DNA of 34,342 nt from Nitrospirota bacterium (GTDB lineage Bacteria; Nitrospirota; UBA9217), in the NCBI GenBank assembly GCA_029858565.1, contig JAOUEV010000037.1:1-34342 (forward strand). Direction: 5' to 3'. Below the pieces are notes generated by a model. It saw only the letters and a program-made list of their open reading frames with translations. It had not been told where the DNA came from and searched no databases. This document shows positions 7,957-20,849 of this stretch, in pieces. Made by a program: the position numbers and the translations under genes. Every line of letters begins with the position of its first letter. Position 1 is the first letter of the stretch.

Positions 7957-8012
7957 GAAACCGCAGTTCTCGGCCTTCAGTACTCGCAATCGCACGCCAA
8001 TATACAGCGCCT

Positions 8013-10805
<2,793 letters not shown>

Positions 10806-10971
10806 GAAATCCAAGTGTTACAGTAATAAGCAGTAGAGTAATAAAGCAAGTTGAACTAGGGTCAACAACCTTTTCTGAACTAGCTTGCCTACAATAGAGG
10901 CTGGATAGAAATTATACTCCCCGGAGAGGAGGGGAGTAAAGGCTTTTGTACTTTTGGGGCGCTGCTTCTCA

Positions 10972-11000
10972 TTGAAAAGACAGGACATCTATGCTATGGT
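10972..11000 (+). promoter_or_regulatory. Putative sigma70 promoter for the hybrid kinase
   Basis: TTGAAA, 17 nt, TATGGT with an extended TG, 35 nt upstream of the ATG. Confidence 0.4.
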
Positions 11001-11035
11001 TGAATGGATTTTTTACAATGATATGAGGATGAACC

Positions 11036-14000
11036 ATGACCATCCGTAACAAACTGATGTTGTCGTTCTTTAGCGTTGCCCTGCTGATCGGGATGCTGGG
11101 GGCCTACGCCGTTTACCGGTCCATTGACCAGACCGAGCATGCAGCGCTGCACGAATCCACGGCCGTTGCGCAGACCATTGCCGCGCTCGTGAGCGAATAC
11201 CTGGATGACGGCGGCAAGCCGGTTCCTGGAGATCGGGTTGAAGTGCAGGATCATATCGAGAGGCTCAAGGAGCTTCACCAGCGCGACATTGTGATCGTAG
11301 ACCTGCAGAAGAAAATCATTGCGGACGCCGTGCCCGGAGAGATCGGGACGGTCTTTAATCATGATGCGGGGGACGAGGTCGGAAAGACGATCGCCGATGG
11401 AAAACTCCGGACCTTTCGGGAGATCAGCGCGGCCTATCCCGCGGGCATCAGGCAGATCGTTCTGCCGCTGGACAATGACAGGGGAAAGCGCGCCGGGGCG
11501 GTGATCCTGGAATACACACCGCTGTATGACGAAATCCTGCAGATGAACAAGCGTTCCGCGGGGTCATACCTGCTCTTGTATGTTTTCGCCCTCGGCCTCT
11601 CCCTGTTCATCGGATACCGCATTTCCCGGGAAATTTCCCGGCCTCTTGCAGAACTGCAAAATGCCGCGCTCAAGGTCGCTGCCGGGGACCTGTCGGTGAC
11701 CGTGGAACCGCGGTCGCAGGATGAGCTGGGCTCCCTTGCAGACAGCTTCAATAAGATGACCAACGGTCTGAGTTGGGCGCGGGACCGGCAGATGCGGGCA
11801 CATGAGGAGCTTCTGGCCGAGAGCACGCTGCGGAAGAAGACCGATGAGGCGCTGCTGCAGAGCGAGGTAAAGTTCCGGACCCTGTTCGAGGATGCGGCTG
11901 ATGCGATCTTCGTCATGGATCTGGAAGGGAATTTCATCGATGTGAACCGGACAGCCTACACGCGCCTGGGGTATGCCAAGGAGGAGATGCTGTCCCTCCA
12001 CATTTCGCAGCTGAACGATCCGCAGTTCAATCCGGCGCTGCGCGAACGGTTCAGCAGGATCAAGAGCGAAGGTCAGGCGGTGTTCGAGTCCGGACACCGG
12101 AGAAAAGACGGGTCCTTCATGCCCGTGGAAGTGAACGCCCGCATCGTGGATTTCGGCGGCAGGACGGTGTTCTTCAGCGTGATCCGGGACATCACGGACC
12201 GCAAGCGGGCTGATGACGTGATCAGGAAGGCGAACACCCGGCTCCGGTCCCTGATCCAGGCCATTCCCGACATGGTCATATTCAAGGACCGTGATGGCCG
12301 GCATTTGCTGGTGAACAGGACCGTCGAGGAAATGACCGGCCATGCCGCCGAGGAGATCATCGGCAGGACCGCGGAAGAGATCATGCCGCCTGCTGCCGCG
12401 GAAGCCTGCAGAAAGAGCGATGAAGCGGCGCTGGAGGGCCCTGTGCCTATCCATAGGGATGAACGCATGATCTTGCAGGACGGTTCGGTCAGGTACATCG
12501 ACATGGTCAAAGCGGCCATGGTGGATGACCGGGACCAGGTCATCGGACTGGTGGCGATCGGCCGCGACGTCACGGACCGTAAACGCGCCGAGGCGATCCT
12601 GCGCGAGAGCGAGGAAAAGTACCGCGAACTGGTGGAGAGCGTGAACAGCATCGTACTCCGCTGGTCGGCCGACGGCGTTATCGAGTTCATCAACTCCTTC
12701 GGGGCCCGGTTCTTCGGCTACGCGTCCGGAGAGCTCGCGGGACAACCGGTGCTCGGTACGATCGTTCCCGAGAGCGAGTCAACAGGACGGGACCTGGCAT
12801 CCATGACCCGGGACATCTGTCAATATCCCGACCGGTACCTTAATAATGTGAATGAGAACATGCGCAGGAACGGACGGCGCGTCTGGGTCTCCTGGACGAA
12901 CAAACCGGTGGTGGACGATGAAGGCCGGCTGGTAGAGATCCTGAGCATCGGCAATGATATCACCGAGCGGATGCATGTGCAGGATGAACTGCGCAGGCAT
13001 CGTGAGGAGTTGATGCGGCTGGTGGACGAGCGGACGCGCGAGCTGCAGGAGACGAACAACCATCTGCGCAGGGAAATCGCTGATCGCGAGCGGATGGAGC
13101 AGGAACTGGTCAAGGCCCAGAAGCTCGAATCCCTCGGTGTGCTAGCCGGCGGCATTGCCCATGATTTCAACAACCTGCTGACCACGGTCATGGGAAACAT
13201 CTCCATGGCGCTCCTGGATGTCGACGCCCGCCATCCGGCATACAAGGAGCTTGCTCGGGCCGAGCGCGCCATCCTGCGCGCCCAGGACCTGACCCAGCAG
13301 TTACTCACCTTTTCCAAGGGCGGCGCGCCGGTCAGAAAGACGGCGTCGATTAGCGATCTTATCAGGGAGACAGCGGGTTTTGCCGTGCGGGGCGGAAGGG
13401 TAAAGTGCGAATCCCGTTTGCCCGATGATCTGCGGCTCGTGGACATGGACGGGGGGCAGATGAGCCAGGTCATCCACAACCTGATCATCAATGCCGATCA
13501 TGCCATGCCCGACGGCGGAACCATTACCGTGCGCGGAGAGAACGTCCGCCTTCCTGTGAGCGGCGGGCCCTCCCTGCCTCCGGGAGATTATGTCCGGGTC
13601 TCGGTAGAGGACCACGGCATGGGCATCCCTGCCGAGTATTTGCCGAAGATATTTGATCCCTATTTCACCACAAAACAGCGGGGGAGCGGCCTTGGCCTGG
13701 CAACCAGCTACTCGATCATCCAGAAGCACGGCGGCAGCATTACCGTCCGATCCGTGCTGGGCAGGGGCACGACCTTTGAGCTCTACCTTCCTGCCAGCAG
13801 CGCATCAGCCCTGGCAGCGGGCGCGGATACTGCCACTCTGCAGGCCGCCGCGGGCCGGGTGCTGGTCATGGACGACGAGGAGGATGTACGGGAAACTGCC
13901 GGCAGTGTTCTCAAGCGGCTCGGCTATTCCGTTGCGCTGGCCGAGGATGGCAATCAGACGATAACGATGTACCGCGAGGCCATGGAACGAGGAGAACCCT

Positions 14001-14257
14001 TTGACGCGGTGATCATTGACCTGACGGTCCCGGGCGGAATGGGCGGCAGGGAGGCGGTCAGGCTCCTGCGAGAGATCGATCCCTCGGTCAGGGCGATCGT
14101 GTCAAGCGGCTATTCGAACGATCCGGTGATGGCGGAGTATGAGGACTACGGTTTTGCCGGCATGGTCTCCAAGCCCTACCGGATGAAAGACCTCGGCTTG
14201 GCAGTGCAACGGGTCCTTGCGAACGACCGGCCGGAAGGGGTAAGGAGCGAACCCTGA
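11036..14257 (+). CDS. Hybrid sensor histidine kinase (2 TM, periplasmic sensor, HAMP, 3 PAS, HisKA, HATPase, REC)
   Basis: HAMP (DELGSLADSFNKM); three PAS/PAC ends (DITDRK, DVTDRK, DITERM); H-box GIAHDFNNLL; G boxes DHGMGI and FTTK..GSGLGL; receiver VLVMDDE..DLTVPG..KPY. Confidence 0.93.
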   Translation: MTIRNKLMLSFFSVALLIGMLGAYAVYRSIDQTEHAALHESTAVAQTIAALVSEYLDDGGKPVPGDRVEVQDHIERLKELHQRDIVIVDLQKKIIADAVPGEIGTVFNHDAGDEVGKTIADGKLRTFREISAAYPAGIRQIVLPLDNDRGKRAGAVILEYTPLYDEILQMNKRSAGSYLLLYVFALGLSLFIGYRISREISRPLAELQNAALKVAAGDLSVTVEPRSQDELGSLADSFNKMTNGLSWARDRQMRAHEELLAESTLRKKTDEALLQSEVKFRTLFEDAADAIFVMDLEGNFIDVNRTAYTRLGYAKEEMLSLHISQLNDPQFNPALRERFSRIKSEGQAVFESGHRRKDGSFMPVEVNARIVDFGGRTVFFSVIRDITDRKRADDVIRKANTRLRSLIQAIPDMVIFKDRDGRHLLVNRTVEEMTGHAAEEIIGRTAEEIMPPAAAEACRKSDEAALEGPVPIHRDERMILQDGSVRYIDMVKAAMVDDRDQVIGLVAIGRDVTDRKRAEAILRESEEKYRELVESVNSIVLRWSADGVIEFINSFGARFFGYASGELAGQPVLGTIVPESESTGRDLASMTRDICQYPDRYLNNVNENMRRNGRRVWVSWTNKPVVDDEGRLVEILSIGNDITERMHVQDELRRHREELMRLVDERTRELQETNNHLRREIADRERMEQELVKAQKLESLGVLAGGIAHDFNNLLTTVMGNISMALLDVDARHPAYKELARAERAILRAQDLTQQLLTFSKGGAPVRKTASISDLIRETAGFAVRGGRVKCESRLPDDLRLVDMDGGQMSQVIHNLIINADHAMPDGGTITVRGENVRLPVSGGPSLPPGDYVRVSVEDHGMGIPAEYLPKIFDPYFTTKQRGSGLGLATSYSIIQKHGGSITVRSVLGRGTTFELYLPASSASALAAGADTATLQAAAGRVLVMDDEEDVRETAGSVLKRLGYSVALAEDGNQTITMYREAMERGEPFDAVIIDLTVPGGMGGREAVRLLREIDPSVRAIVSSGYSNDPVMAEYEDYGFAGMVSKPYRMKDLGLAVQRVLANDRPEGVRSEP

Positions 14258-14266
14258 CCGCGTAAC

Positions 14267-14321
14267 GGGACCGGAGCTGGTCCCTCAAGACACAACGGGC
14301 TTTGAGCTGAACTCAGCTCAA
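14267..14321. terminator. Two hairpins between convergent genes (possible bidirectional terminator)
   Basis: gggacc-ggagct-ggtccc (14267-14284) and the perfect ttgagctga-ac-tcagctcaa (14302-14321). Confidence 0.45.
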
Positions 14322-14329
14322 CGAGCATT

Positions 14330-14521
14330 TCATGTGGGACCGCAGTTCAGGCCGCAGGCCTTTTCCGCGGCCCGGTCCTGCTCATCAGGGAGATGGCATT
14401 TCTTGTATTTCCTGCCGCTGCCGCACCAGCAGGGGTCGTTCCTGCCCGGTTTGGCAGCAGGCGCCTGCGGCTCCTGTCTTGTTGTTGCGAACAAGCCCCT
14501 GGCACGGTCTAGCAGACCCAT
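14330..14521 (-). CDS. Small SEC-C metal-binding domain protein
   Basis: [19 protein letters not shown]; GGAGG RBS. Confidence 0.85.
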   Translation of the reverse strand: MGLLDRARGLFATTRQEPQAPAAKPGRNDPCWCGSGRKYKKCHLPDEQDRAAEKACGLNCGPT

Positions 14522-14809
14522 GGTACCTCCGGTGGATGTCTATGGCGTTCACTACGCGCCATCCGTCTCACAAGTCAATAGTACCACAGTGAGCGTTCAA
14601 AACGAATACCCGCGTGCGGGGGAACCCTTCGTTGCCCGAAAGCCGTGCTGTCCTGAGTGCTGTTTCTGCGCCAATGTAATGATGGACATCAGTGCTGCAA
14701 TGTGCAATAATTTCCAGCTGAATGATCAGCCGGTCGTAATTCCGAAAAGTAAGCTCTTGCGGTCTGGTCGCCCGCGGATCGCGACACGGCTGCTGTGGAA
14801 GGAGCAGGC

Positions 14810-16813
14810 ATGGGGAAGAGGGTCCTTGTTATCGTATGCCTGTCAATGGTCCTCCTGGGCGCATCGGCAGGAAATTCACTGTCTGAGCCCCCTCCGGTCA
14901 TGACCGCTTCCCTGGGCGACGAGACACTGCTGTTCCAGGAGATCCCCACGGTCACGGGCGCATCAAAGTATGAACAGAAGGTGATCGAGGCGCCGTCTGC
15001 CGTGACCATCGTGACCGCAGCGGACATCAGCAGGCACGGCTACCGTACCCTGGCGGACCTTCTCCGGAGCGTGCGGGGCTTCTACGTGACCTATGACCGC
15101 AACTACAGTTATGTGGGCGTGCGCGGTTTCGGACGGCCCTCTGACTACAACACCCGCGTCCTGCTTCTTTTTGACGGCCACCGGGCGAACGATAATGTCT
15201 ATGACGGGGCCTATTTCGGCACCGAGTCGATCATCGATATCGACCTCATCGACCGCGTCGAGATCATACGGGGACCGGGCTCGTCGCTGTACGGCAGCAA
15301 CGCCCTGTTCGCCGTTGTGAACGTCATCGCCAAGCGGGGCAGGGACCTGAAGAGCGCCGAACTGGCGGCAGAGGCAGGCAGCCAGGGGACGGCCAAAGGC
15401 AGGGCAAGCTACGGCGACCGGTTCTCGAACGGTGTCGAAGCGCTTATCTCCGCCTCGGCCTATGACAGCACCGGGCAGCGGCTGTACTATCCGGAATACG
15501 ACTCGCCGGCGACCAATAATGGCGTTACTGAACGGACCGATTATGACAGAACCGAGAACTATTATCTCAAGCTTTCCCACCACGACCTGACCTTCTCGGG
15601 CGCCTATCTCGCCCGGACCAAGGGCATCCCGACCGGCGCCTTCGGCACGGATTTCAACGAACAACAGAACAAGACCCGCGATGAGCGCGCTTACGCGGAC
15701 CTGAAATTCGAGCGGAGCCTGAGCAGCATCACGGACATCACGGCACGCCTTTATTACGACCGCTACCGGTACGAGGGGGACTACGCGTACTTCCAGGATC
15801 CCTTCACGTCAGCACTGAACAAGGACCTGGGCTCCGGAGACTGGTGGGGGAGCGAACTCCGCCTCATCCGGAAAGCCGGGGACCTGCACCGCCTGATCTT
15901 CGGCGCCGAGTACCAGGGCAACCTGCGCCAGGACCAGGAAAGCTTTTATGCCGATCCCTATGGGTCGATCATGCCCAAGGATGAGCGGCGGTCCAGCGTG
16001 GCCGCGGCCTATGTGCAGGACGAGATCACGTTCTCGTCGTCCTTACTGCTGAACGCCGGTGTGCGGTATGACCGGTACTCGACCTTCGGCGGTACGACGA
16101 ATCCGCGGCTCGCCCTGATCTGCAATACCGTGGGCAAGGGCACGGTCAAGGCCCTCTACGGCAGCGCCTTCCGCACGCCGAACGCTTTCGAGCTGTACTG
16201 GCAGTCGACGACAACGGACGCGAATCCGGACCTGAAGCCCGAGCAGGTCCGGACCTATGAACTGATCTACGAGCAATATCTGGGGGACCGTCTCCACGGG
16301 AGCCTTTCGGGCTACTATTACCGCATCAATGACCTGATCACCCAGGTCACGGTCGCATCGGGCAACACCATGTTCGAGAACATCGACAGTGTTGCCGCGC
16401 GGGGCGGGGAAGTGGAACTTGACGCCAAGTGGCGCGGCGGGATCGAGGGCCGCCTCAGTTTTGCGCTCCAGCGGGCCGAGGACCAGCGGACCGGACAGCC
16501 GCTCACGAACTCTCCGGCGCAGATGGCGAAGCTTGCGGTCACCGCGCCCCTTGTTGCTGACCGCGTCTTTGCGGGCATTGACGAGCAGTACCTCGGCAGG
16601 CGCAGGACCGAGGCCGGGAACTTCACTCCCGGTTTCGGGATCACGAACATCACGGTTTACGGCCAGACGCTGAGGAAACGGTTCGAGGTCTCGGCAAGTG
16701 TCTACAATCTCTTTGACCGCAGGTTCGGGGACCCGGTGTCCCGGGACTTTCTTCAGGACACGATCCTGCAGGACGGCAGGAGCTTCCGCGTGAAGCTCGG
16801 CTGCGCATTCTGA
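14810..16813 (+). CDS. TonB-dependent receptor (signalling-cassette type)
   Basis: Signal peptide; plug domain (ASKYEQKVIEAPSAVTIVT, IDRVEIIRGPGSSLYGSNA); barrel with VYNLFD; terminal Phe. Confidence 0.92.
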   Translation: MGKRVLVIVCLSMVLLGASAGNSLSEPPPVMTASLGDETLLFQEIPTVTGASKYEQKVIEAPSAVTIVTAADISRHGYRTLADLLRSVRGFYVTYDRNYSYVGVRGFGRPSDYNTRVLLLFDGHRANDNVYDGAYFGTESIIDIDLIDRVEIIRGPGSSLYGSNALFAVVNVIAKRGRDLKSAELAAEAGSQGTAKGRASYGDRFSNGVEALISASAYDSTGQRLYYPEYDSPATNNGVTERTDYDRTENYYLKLSHHDLTFSGAYLARTKGIPTGAFGTDFNEQQNKTRDERAYADLKFERSLSSITDITARLYYDRYRYEGDYAYFQDPFTSALNKDLGSGDWWGSELRLIRKAGDLHRLIFGAEYQGNLRQDQESFYADPYGSIMPKDERRSSVAAAYVQDEITFSSSLLLNAGVRYDRYSTFGGTTNPRLALICNTVGKGTVKALYGSAFRTPNAFELYWQSTTTDANPDLKPEQVRTYELIYEQYLGDRLHGSLSGYYYRINDLITQVTVASGNTMFENIDSVAARGGEVELDAKWRGGIEGRLSFALQRAEDQRTGQPLTNSPAQMAKLAVTAPLVADRVFAGIDEQYLGRRRTEAGNFTPGFGITNITVYGQTLRKRFEVSASVYNLFDRRFGDPVSRDFLQDTILQDGRSFRVKLGCAF

Positions 16814-17757
16814 TGAGGACCCTATTGATGATCAAGAAGCCGCTCATCGCGATCTTGCTGTTCCTGCTGTGGTTCCTTCCCGGCGGGAGGATCACTGCCG
16901 CTGACGACCGGATCGTCATCCTGGTCAGCTCCAATGAGGACCCCTTCGCGCAGACGGTAGAGGGATTCTCGACCGCCCTGTCCAGGAGCCGCAACGGCTC
17001 CGGCGTGGAGATCATCCGCCTGGACGGCGACGCCGCAAAGGCCGGTCCCTCGGCACGGAAGATCAGGGCCGGGGGCGCGCGGCTCGTCTTCACCGTGGGG
17101 GCGCTCGCAACAGACGCCGCAGCGCGGGAACTGTCCGACATCCCCGTGGTCTCGTGCCTGGTCCTGCGCACCGATGCGCTGCAGCAGTCCCCGAACATGA
17201 CCGGCGTGGGACTCGAGTATCCCGCCGAGGTTCAGTTCGCATGGATGCAGCGCCTGCTGCCCCGGGCAAAGAACATCGGGATCCTCTACAACGCAGGCGA
17301 GAACCAGCGGACCGTTGATGCGGCAAAAGAGGCGGCGAAGCAGGCAGGCATCAGGCTGGAGACGGAACAGGTGCGGTCGCCCCAGGACGTGCCCGCGGCG
17401 CTGAACAACCTTTCACGGCGCGTTGACGCCATCTGGGGGATCCCGGACAGCATCGTGCTCTCTCCGCTCATCGCCAAGAACATCCTGCTCTTCTCGTTCC
17501 GGAACAGCATTCCCGTCATTGGTCCGTCTTCCACCTGGGTCAAGGCCGGCGCGCTCTATGCCCTGGACTGGGACTATCGCGACCTGGGCGGCCAGTGCGG
17601 CGAAATGGCGATCCGTATCCTCGAAGGCGCGACGCCGAAGTCCATTCCCACGGCCGGTCCGCGCAAGGTGAACTATTCGATCAATCTGGTCACGGCACGG
17701 CAGATGAAGCTCGAACTGCCCGGCCAGCTGGTCCAGGGCGCGCGTCAGACGTATTAA
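16813..17757 (+). CDS. ABC-type substrate-binding protein (ABC_sub_bind-like), periplasmic sensor partner
   Basis: NMTGV, IGILYN, DAIWGIPDS, GALYAL..DY..LG.Q.GEMA.RIL.G, INL.TA; its start overlaps the receptor stop. Confidence 0.85.
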   Translation: MRTLLMIKKPLIAILLFLLWFLPGGRITAADDRIVILVSSNEDPFAQTVEGFSTALSRSRNGSGVEIIRLDGDAAKAGPSARKIRAGGARLVFTVGALATDAAARELSDIPVVSCLVLRTDALQQSPNMTGVGLEYPAEVQFAWMQRLLPRAKNIGILYNAGENQRTVDAAKEAAKQAGIRLETEQVRSPQDVPAALNNLSRRVDAIWGIPDSIVLSPLIAKNILLFSFRNSIPVIGPSSTWVKAGALYALDWDYRDLGGQCGEMAIRILEGATPKSIPTAGPRKVNYSINLVTARQMKLELPGQLVQGARQTY

Positions 17758-17766
17758 GGAACGACG

Positions 17767-18748
17767 ATGGGAATCCGGAACGATCAACGAAGAGGCGGTC
17801 TCCGTAGCGGGCCATGATGTCTTTGTCACGTGCAGCATGGGGATCGCCCTGAGTTCGAGCGGGTACGAGTTCCCGGAACAGGTGCTGCGCGACGCGGACA
17901 CGGCAATGTACAAGGCAAAATCCCGCAGCCGGTCGGACGTCGCGATCTTCGAGCCGACCATGCACGCCCATGCTTTGGAGCGGCTCCTGCTCGAGACCGA
18001 CCTGCGGCTGGCCCTGGACCGCAGGGAATTCGCGACCTATTACCAGCCGATCCTGTCGGTCAGCAGGAAATGCATCGTCGGGTTCGAAGCGTTGGCGCGC
18101 TGGAACCAGGCTGAGCGCGGGCTCATTCAGCCGGCCCACTTCATCCCGCTTGCCGAGGAAACGGGCCTTATCGTCTCGATCGAACGGATGATCCTGAGGC
18201 AGGCGTGCATGCAGATGAAGACAGGGAATGACCTGTTCCCGGACGACAACCGCAGGTTCGTGATCGTGAACCTGGCGCACAAACAGATCCTGCAGCCCGA
18301 CCTGGTGGAGTATGTCGCCGCGGCGCTGAAGGAGTCCGGCCTGCGTCCGGACCAGCTGAAACTGGAGATCACCGAGAACGTGCTGTTCGAGAATCCCGCG
18401 TCCGCCGCAGCGCTGCTTTCAAAACTGCGCGACCTGGGCGTGCAGCTCTACATCGATGACTTCGGGACCGGCTACTCGTCGCTCAGCTACCTGCACCGCC
18501 TGCCGATCAACGGCCTCAAGATCGACCGTTCCTTCATCAAGCGGATAGACGACATTGATGAGAACAAGGCGATCGTCAGGACCATCCTGACACTTGCACG
18601 GGACATGCACATGGATGTGGTCGCCGAGGGCGTGGAAACAGCGAACCAGCTCGCGCACATCGCGGCGCTGGACTGCACCTGCTGGCAGGGCTTCTTTTAT
18701 TCCAAGCCCGTGGACAGCGGTGCGGCGCAGTCGATGCTGGAAGGCTAG
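17767..18748 (+). pseudogene. Internally deleted GGDEF-EAL protein; intact EAL domain may be expressed from ATG 17837
   Basis: Only the GGDEF tail remains (GHDVFVTCSMGIA...LRDADTAMY). The EAL is complete (FEALARW, LEITE, DDFGTGYSSL, KIDRSF, AEGVET, QG). An RBS-preceded ATG at 17767 (MGIRN) is in another frame. Confidence 0.7.
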
Positions 18749-18837
18749 GTCCTTTAGCCACGTTGATCCTCTTTCCTGATCTGCATCATAGTTATACCGC
18801 TTCGCGGGGCGTACCATGCATCCCAGCGAGGTGCGCC

Positions 18838-18993
18838 ATGCTGACCTGCCCCTTTTGTGAACGAACCCTTGAGCAGCGAACGCCCGACGGCTGGATCTGC
18901 TCCTGCGGAGAGACCGTCCCGACGGGGTTCGAACGGGACGATGACGAGAATTGCGAAGCCTGCCCCATGAAGGACTGCCCGCGCAGGAAGTAG
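18838..18993 (+). CDS. Small Cys-rich (zinc ribbon-like) protein, 51 aa
   Basis: MLTCPFC...WICSCG...CEACPMKDC; GAGG RBS before ATG 18838. Confidence 0.7.
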   Translation: MLTCPFCERTLEQRTPDGWICSCGETVPTGFERDDDENCEACPMKDCPRRK

Positions 18994-19209
18994 CTGCCGA
19001 AGCCCCACCCTTTCAGGTGGCGTCGTCATCTTCTCTCTTGCCATTTCCCCGCAATTGTACTAATCTCATGTTCATGAGCGAACAAAAGGACCCAACCCGT
19101 ATTCCCTGCCCGCCTTAGGTATTTGCCACTGCTAAACCGGGATGCCGTCATTGAGGCTTTACGCGGGAATTCTCTTTGGGTAATATGAAGTCAACGATAG
19201 GTGTTTTTT

Positions 19210-20505
19210 ATGGCAAAGAATAAGAAATATGAAAAAATGAAAAAAGACATTCCCCTTGTTGCAGAGGAAGAAGCCGTGTACCTTGCACGGGTTGATGGCT
19301 CGCTGCAGGATGTAAAGCTGCGACCTAAACTTATCGACTTGTTCGCAGGTGCAGGGGGGATGACGCTTGGCTTCACAAAGTTTACCGGACACGGATATAT
19401 ACCTGTGTGGGCGAATGATTTTAATGATTATGCCGCACGTACCTATAATGCAAATTTCGGGGAGCATTGTAGGGTCGGTGATATCGTCGATATCCTCGAA
19501 AATCCGAAAACCAAAATCCCTAAAGCTGATGTTGTGATCGGAGGCCCTCCCTGTCAGGGATTTAGTTTGCTCAACAGAAATCGCGATAACGATCCAAGGA
19601 AGCAGCTTTGGCGGCCGTATATGGACATCGTAGAGCGCTCCGGAGCGTCCGTTTTCGTCATGGAGAACGTACCTCAGCTGCTCGATTCCTTTGAGCATGG
19701 TGAAATTATCGGTGTAGCTGAGGCAATGGGATTTAAATTGAGATGGGCGAAACTATGCGCAGCCGATTACGGTGTTCCTCAAGTAAGGTGGCGTGCTTTT
19801 ATCGTAGGATGTAAATTTGCCGATCCTGCCGGCGTTTTTCCTCCTAGAAAAACAAACTTCAACGTCAATAACGGCCACCGTAGGGCTTTTAACGAAGAAT
19901 TCGATGAATACATTACGAATCCATCGCCATGGAAAACGGTTCGTGATGCTATTGGTGATTTACCGCCGCCAATTGGGACAGACATACGCAATGAGAACCC
20001 GCCGTTAGATTTGCATTTCGGGCGGACACCGACGGGAATGAGTATGAAACGCTACCGGTCAATACCGAAAGAAGGTATGAACCGATTCGATCTTCAAAAA
20101 CGAGCACCGGAATTGACTCCGGCTTGCTGGATTCGTAAAACATCTGGAGGAACCGATTTGTTCGGAAGGTTATGGTGGGGTAGACCTTCGGTAACGATAC
20201 GAACGGAATTTTTCAAGCCGGAGAAGGGGCGCTATCTGCACCCTGAGCAGCATCGCCCGATTACACACAGAGAGGCGGCGAGATTACAGTCTTTCCCGGA
20301 CGATTTTCAGTTTGTCGGGACAAAGACGGAAATAGCAAAGCAGATTGGAAATGCGGTACCGCCGGTTTTAGCAGCTCGTATTGCAGATTGCGTTTACACG
20401 TTGTTGCTGTCGAAGGAAGTCAATAAATGCCGGATGTCTTCAGCAGGAAGAAAAGAAGCTGGATTATGGCGCGAATTTCAGGCTGCAACACAAAACCTGA
20501 AATGA
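19210..20505 (+). CDS. dcm: DNA (cytosine-5)-methyltransferase
   Basis: Motifs DLFAGAGG, GGPPCQGFS, MENV, QVRWR, REAARLQSFPD, QIGNAV. Confidence 0.95.
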   Translation: MAKNKKYEKMKKDIPLVAEEEAVYLARVDGSLQDVKLRPKLIDLFAGAGGMTLGFTKFTGHGYIPVWANDFNDYAARTYNANFGEHCRVGDIVDILENPKTKIPKADVVIGGPPCQGFSLLNRNRDNDPRKQLWRPYMDIVERSGASVFVMENVPQLLDSFEHGEIIGVAEAMGFKLRWAKLCAADYGVPQVRWRAFIVGCKFADPAGVFPPRKTNFNVNNGHRRAFNEEFDEYITNPSPWKTVRDAIGDLPPPIGTDIRNENPPLDLHFGRTPTGMSMKRYRSIPKEGMNRFDLQKRAPELTPACWIRKTSGGTDLFGRLWWGRPSVTIRTEFFKPEKGRYLHPEQHRPITHREAARLQSFPDDFQFVGTKTEIAKQIGNAVPPVLAARIADCVYTLLLSKEVNKCRMSSAGRKEAGLWREFQAATQNLK

Positions 20506-20846
20506 TCGTCCGTAAAATACTTTACAAAATGGGGTACCGTTATCGGCTGCACGACAAGAAACTGCCGGGAACGCCTGACATCGTGCTAACGAGGCATCAA
20601 AAAGTTGTTTTTGTGCATGGATGTTTCTGGCACGGACATAAGGTATGTCGAAAGGGTGTCCTGCCGAGTAGTAATAAAGCCTTCTGGGCGGAGAAGATAG
20701 CGAAGAACCAGGAACGAGATCGTCGCGCAGTGAGATTGCTAAGAAAAACAGGATGGCGGCTGTTGGTTGTTTGGGAATGCACTACCGGCGATATTGAAAA
20801 GCTTGGGGCCAGATTAAATCGGTTTCTGAAAACAAAGCGGAGCTGA
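20427..20846 (+). CDS. vsr: Very short patch repair endonuclease
   Basis: DVFS..KRS.IM.RI...NTKPE, LPGTPDIV, FVHGCFWHGH, FW..KI..N..RD, VVWEC. Confidence 0.95.
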   Translation: MPDVFSRKKRSWIMARISGCNTKPEMIVRKILYKMGYRYRLHDKKLPGTPDIVLTRHQKVVFVHGCFWHGHKVCRKGVLPSSNKAFWAEKIAKNQERDRRAVRLLRKTGWRLLVVWECTTGDIEKLGARLNRFLKTKRS

Positions 20847-20849
20847 GAA

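Noticed and set aside
14530-14800. Cobalamin or other riboswitch upstream of the TonB receptor
   Set aside because: No B12-box or other recognisable aptamer core could be found by eye; an Rfam scan would settle it.
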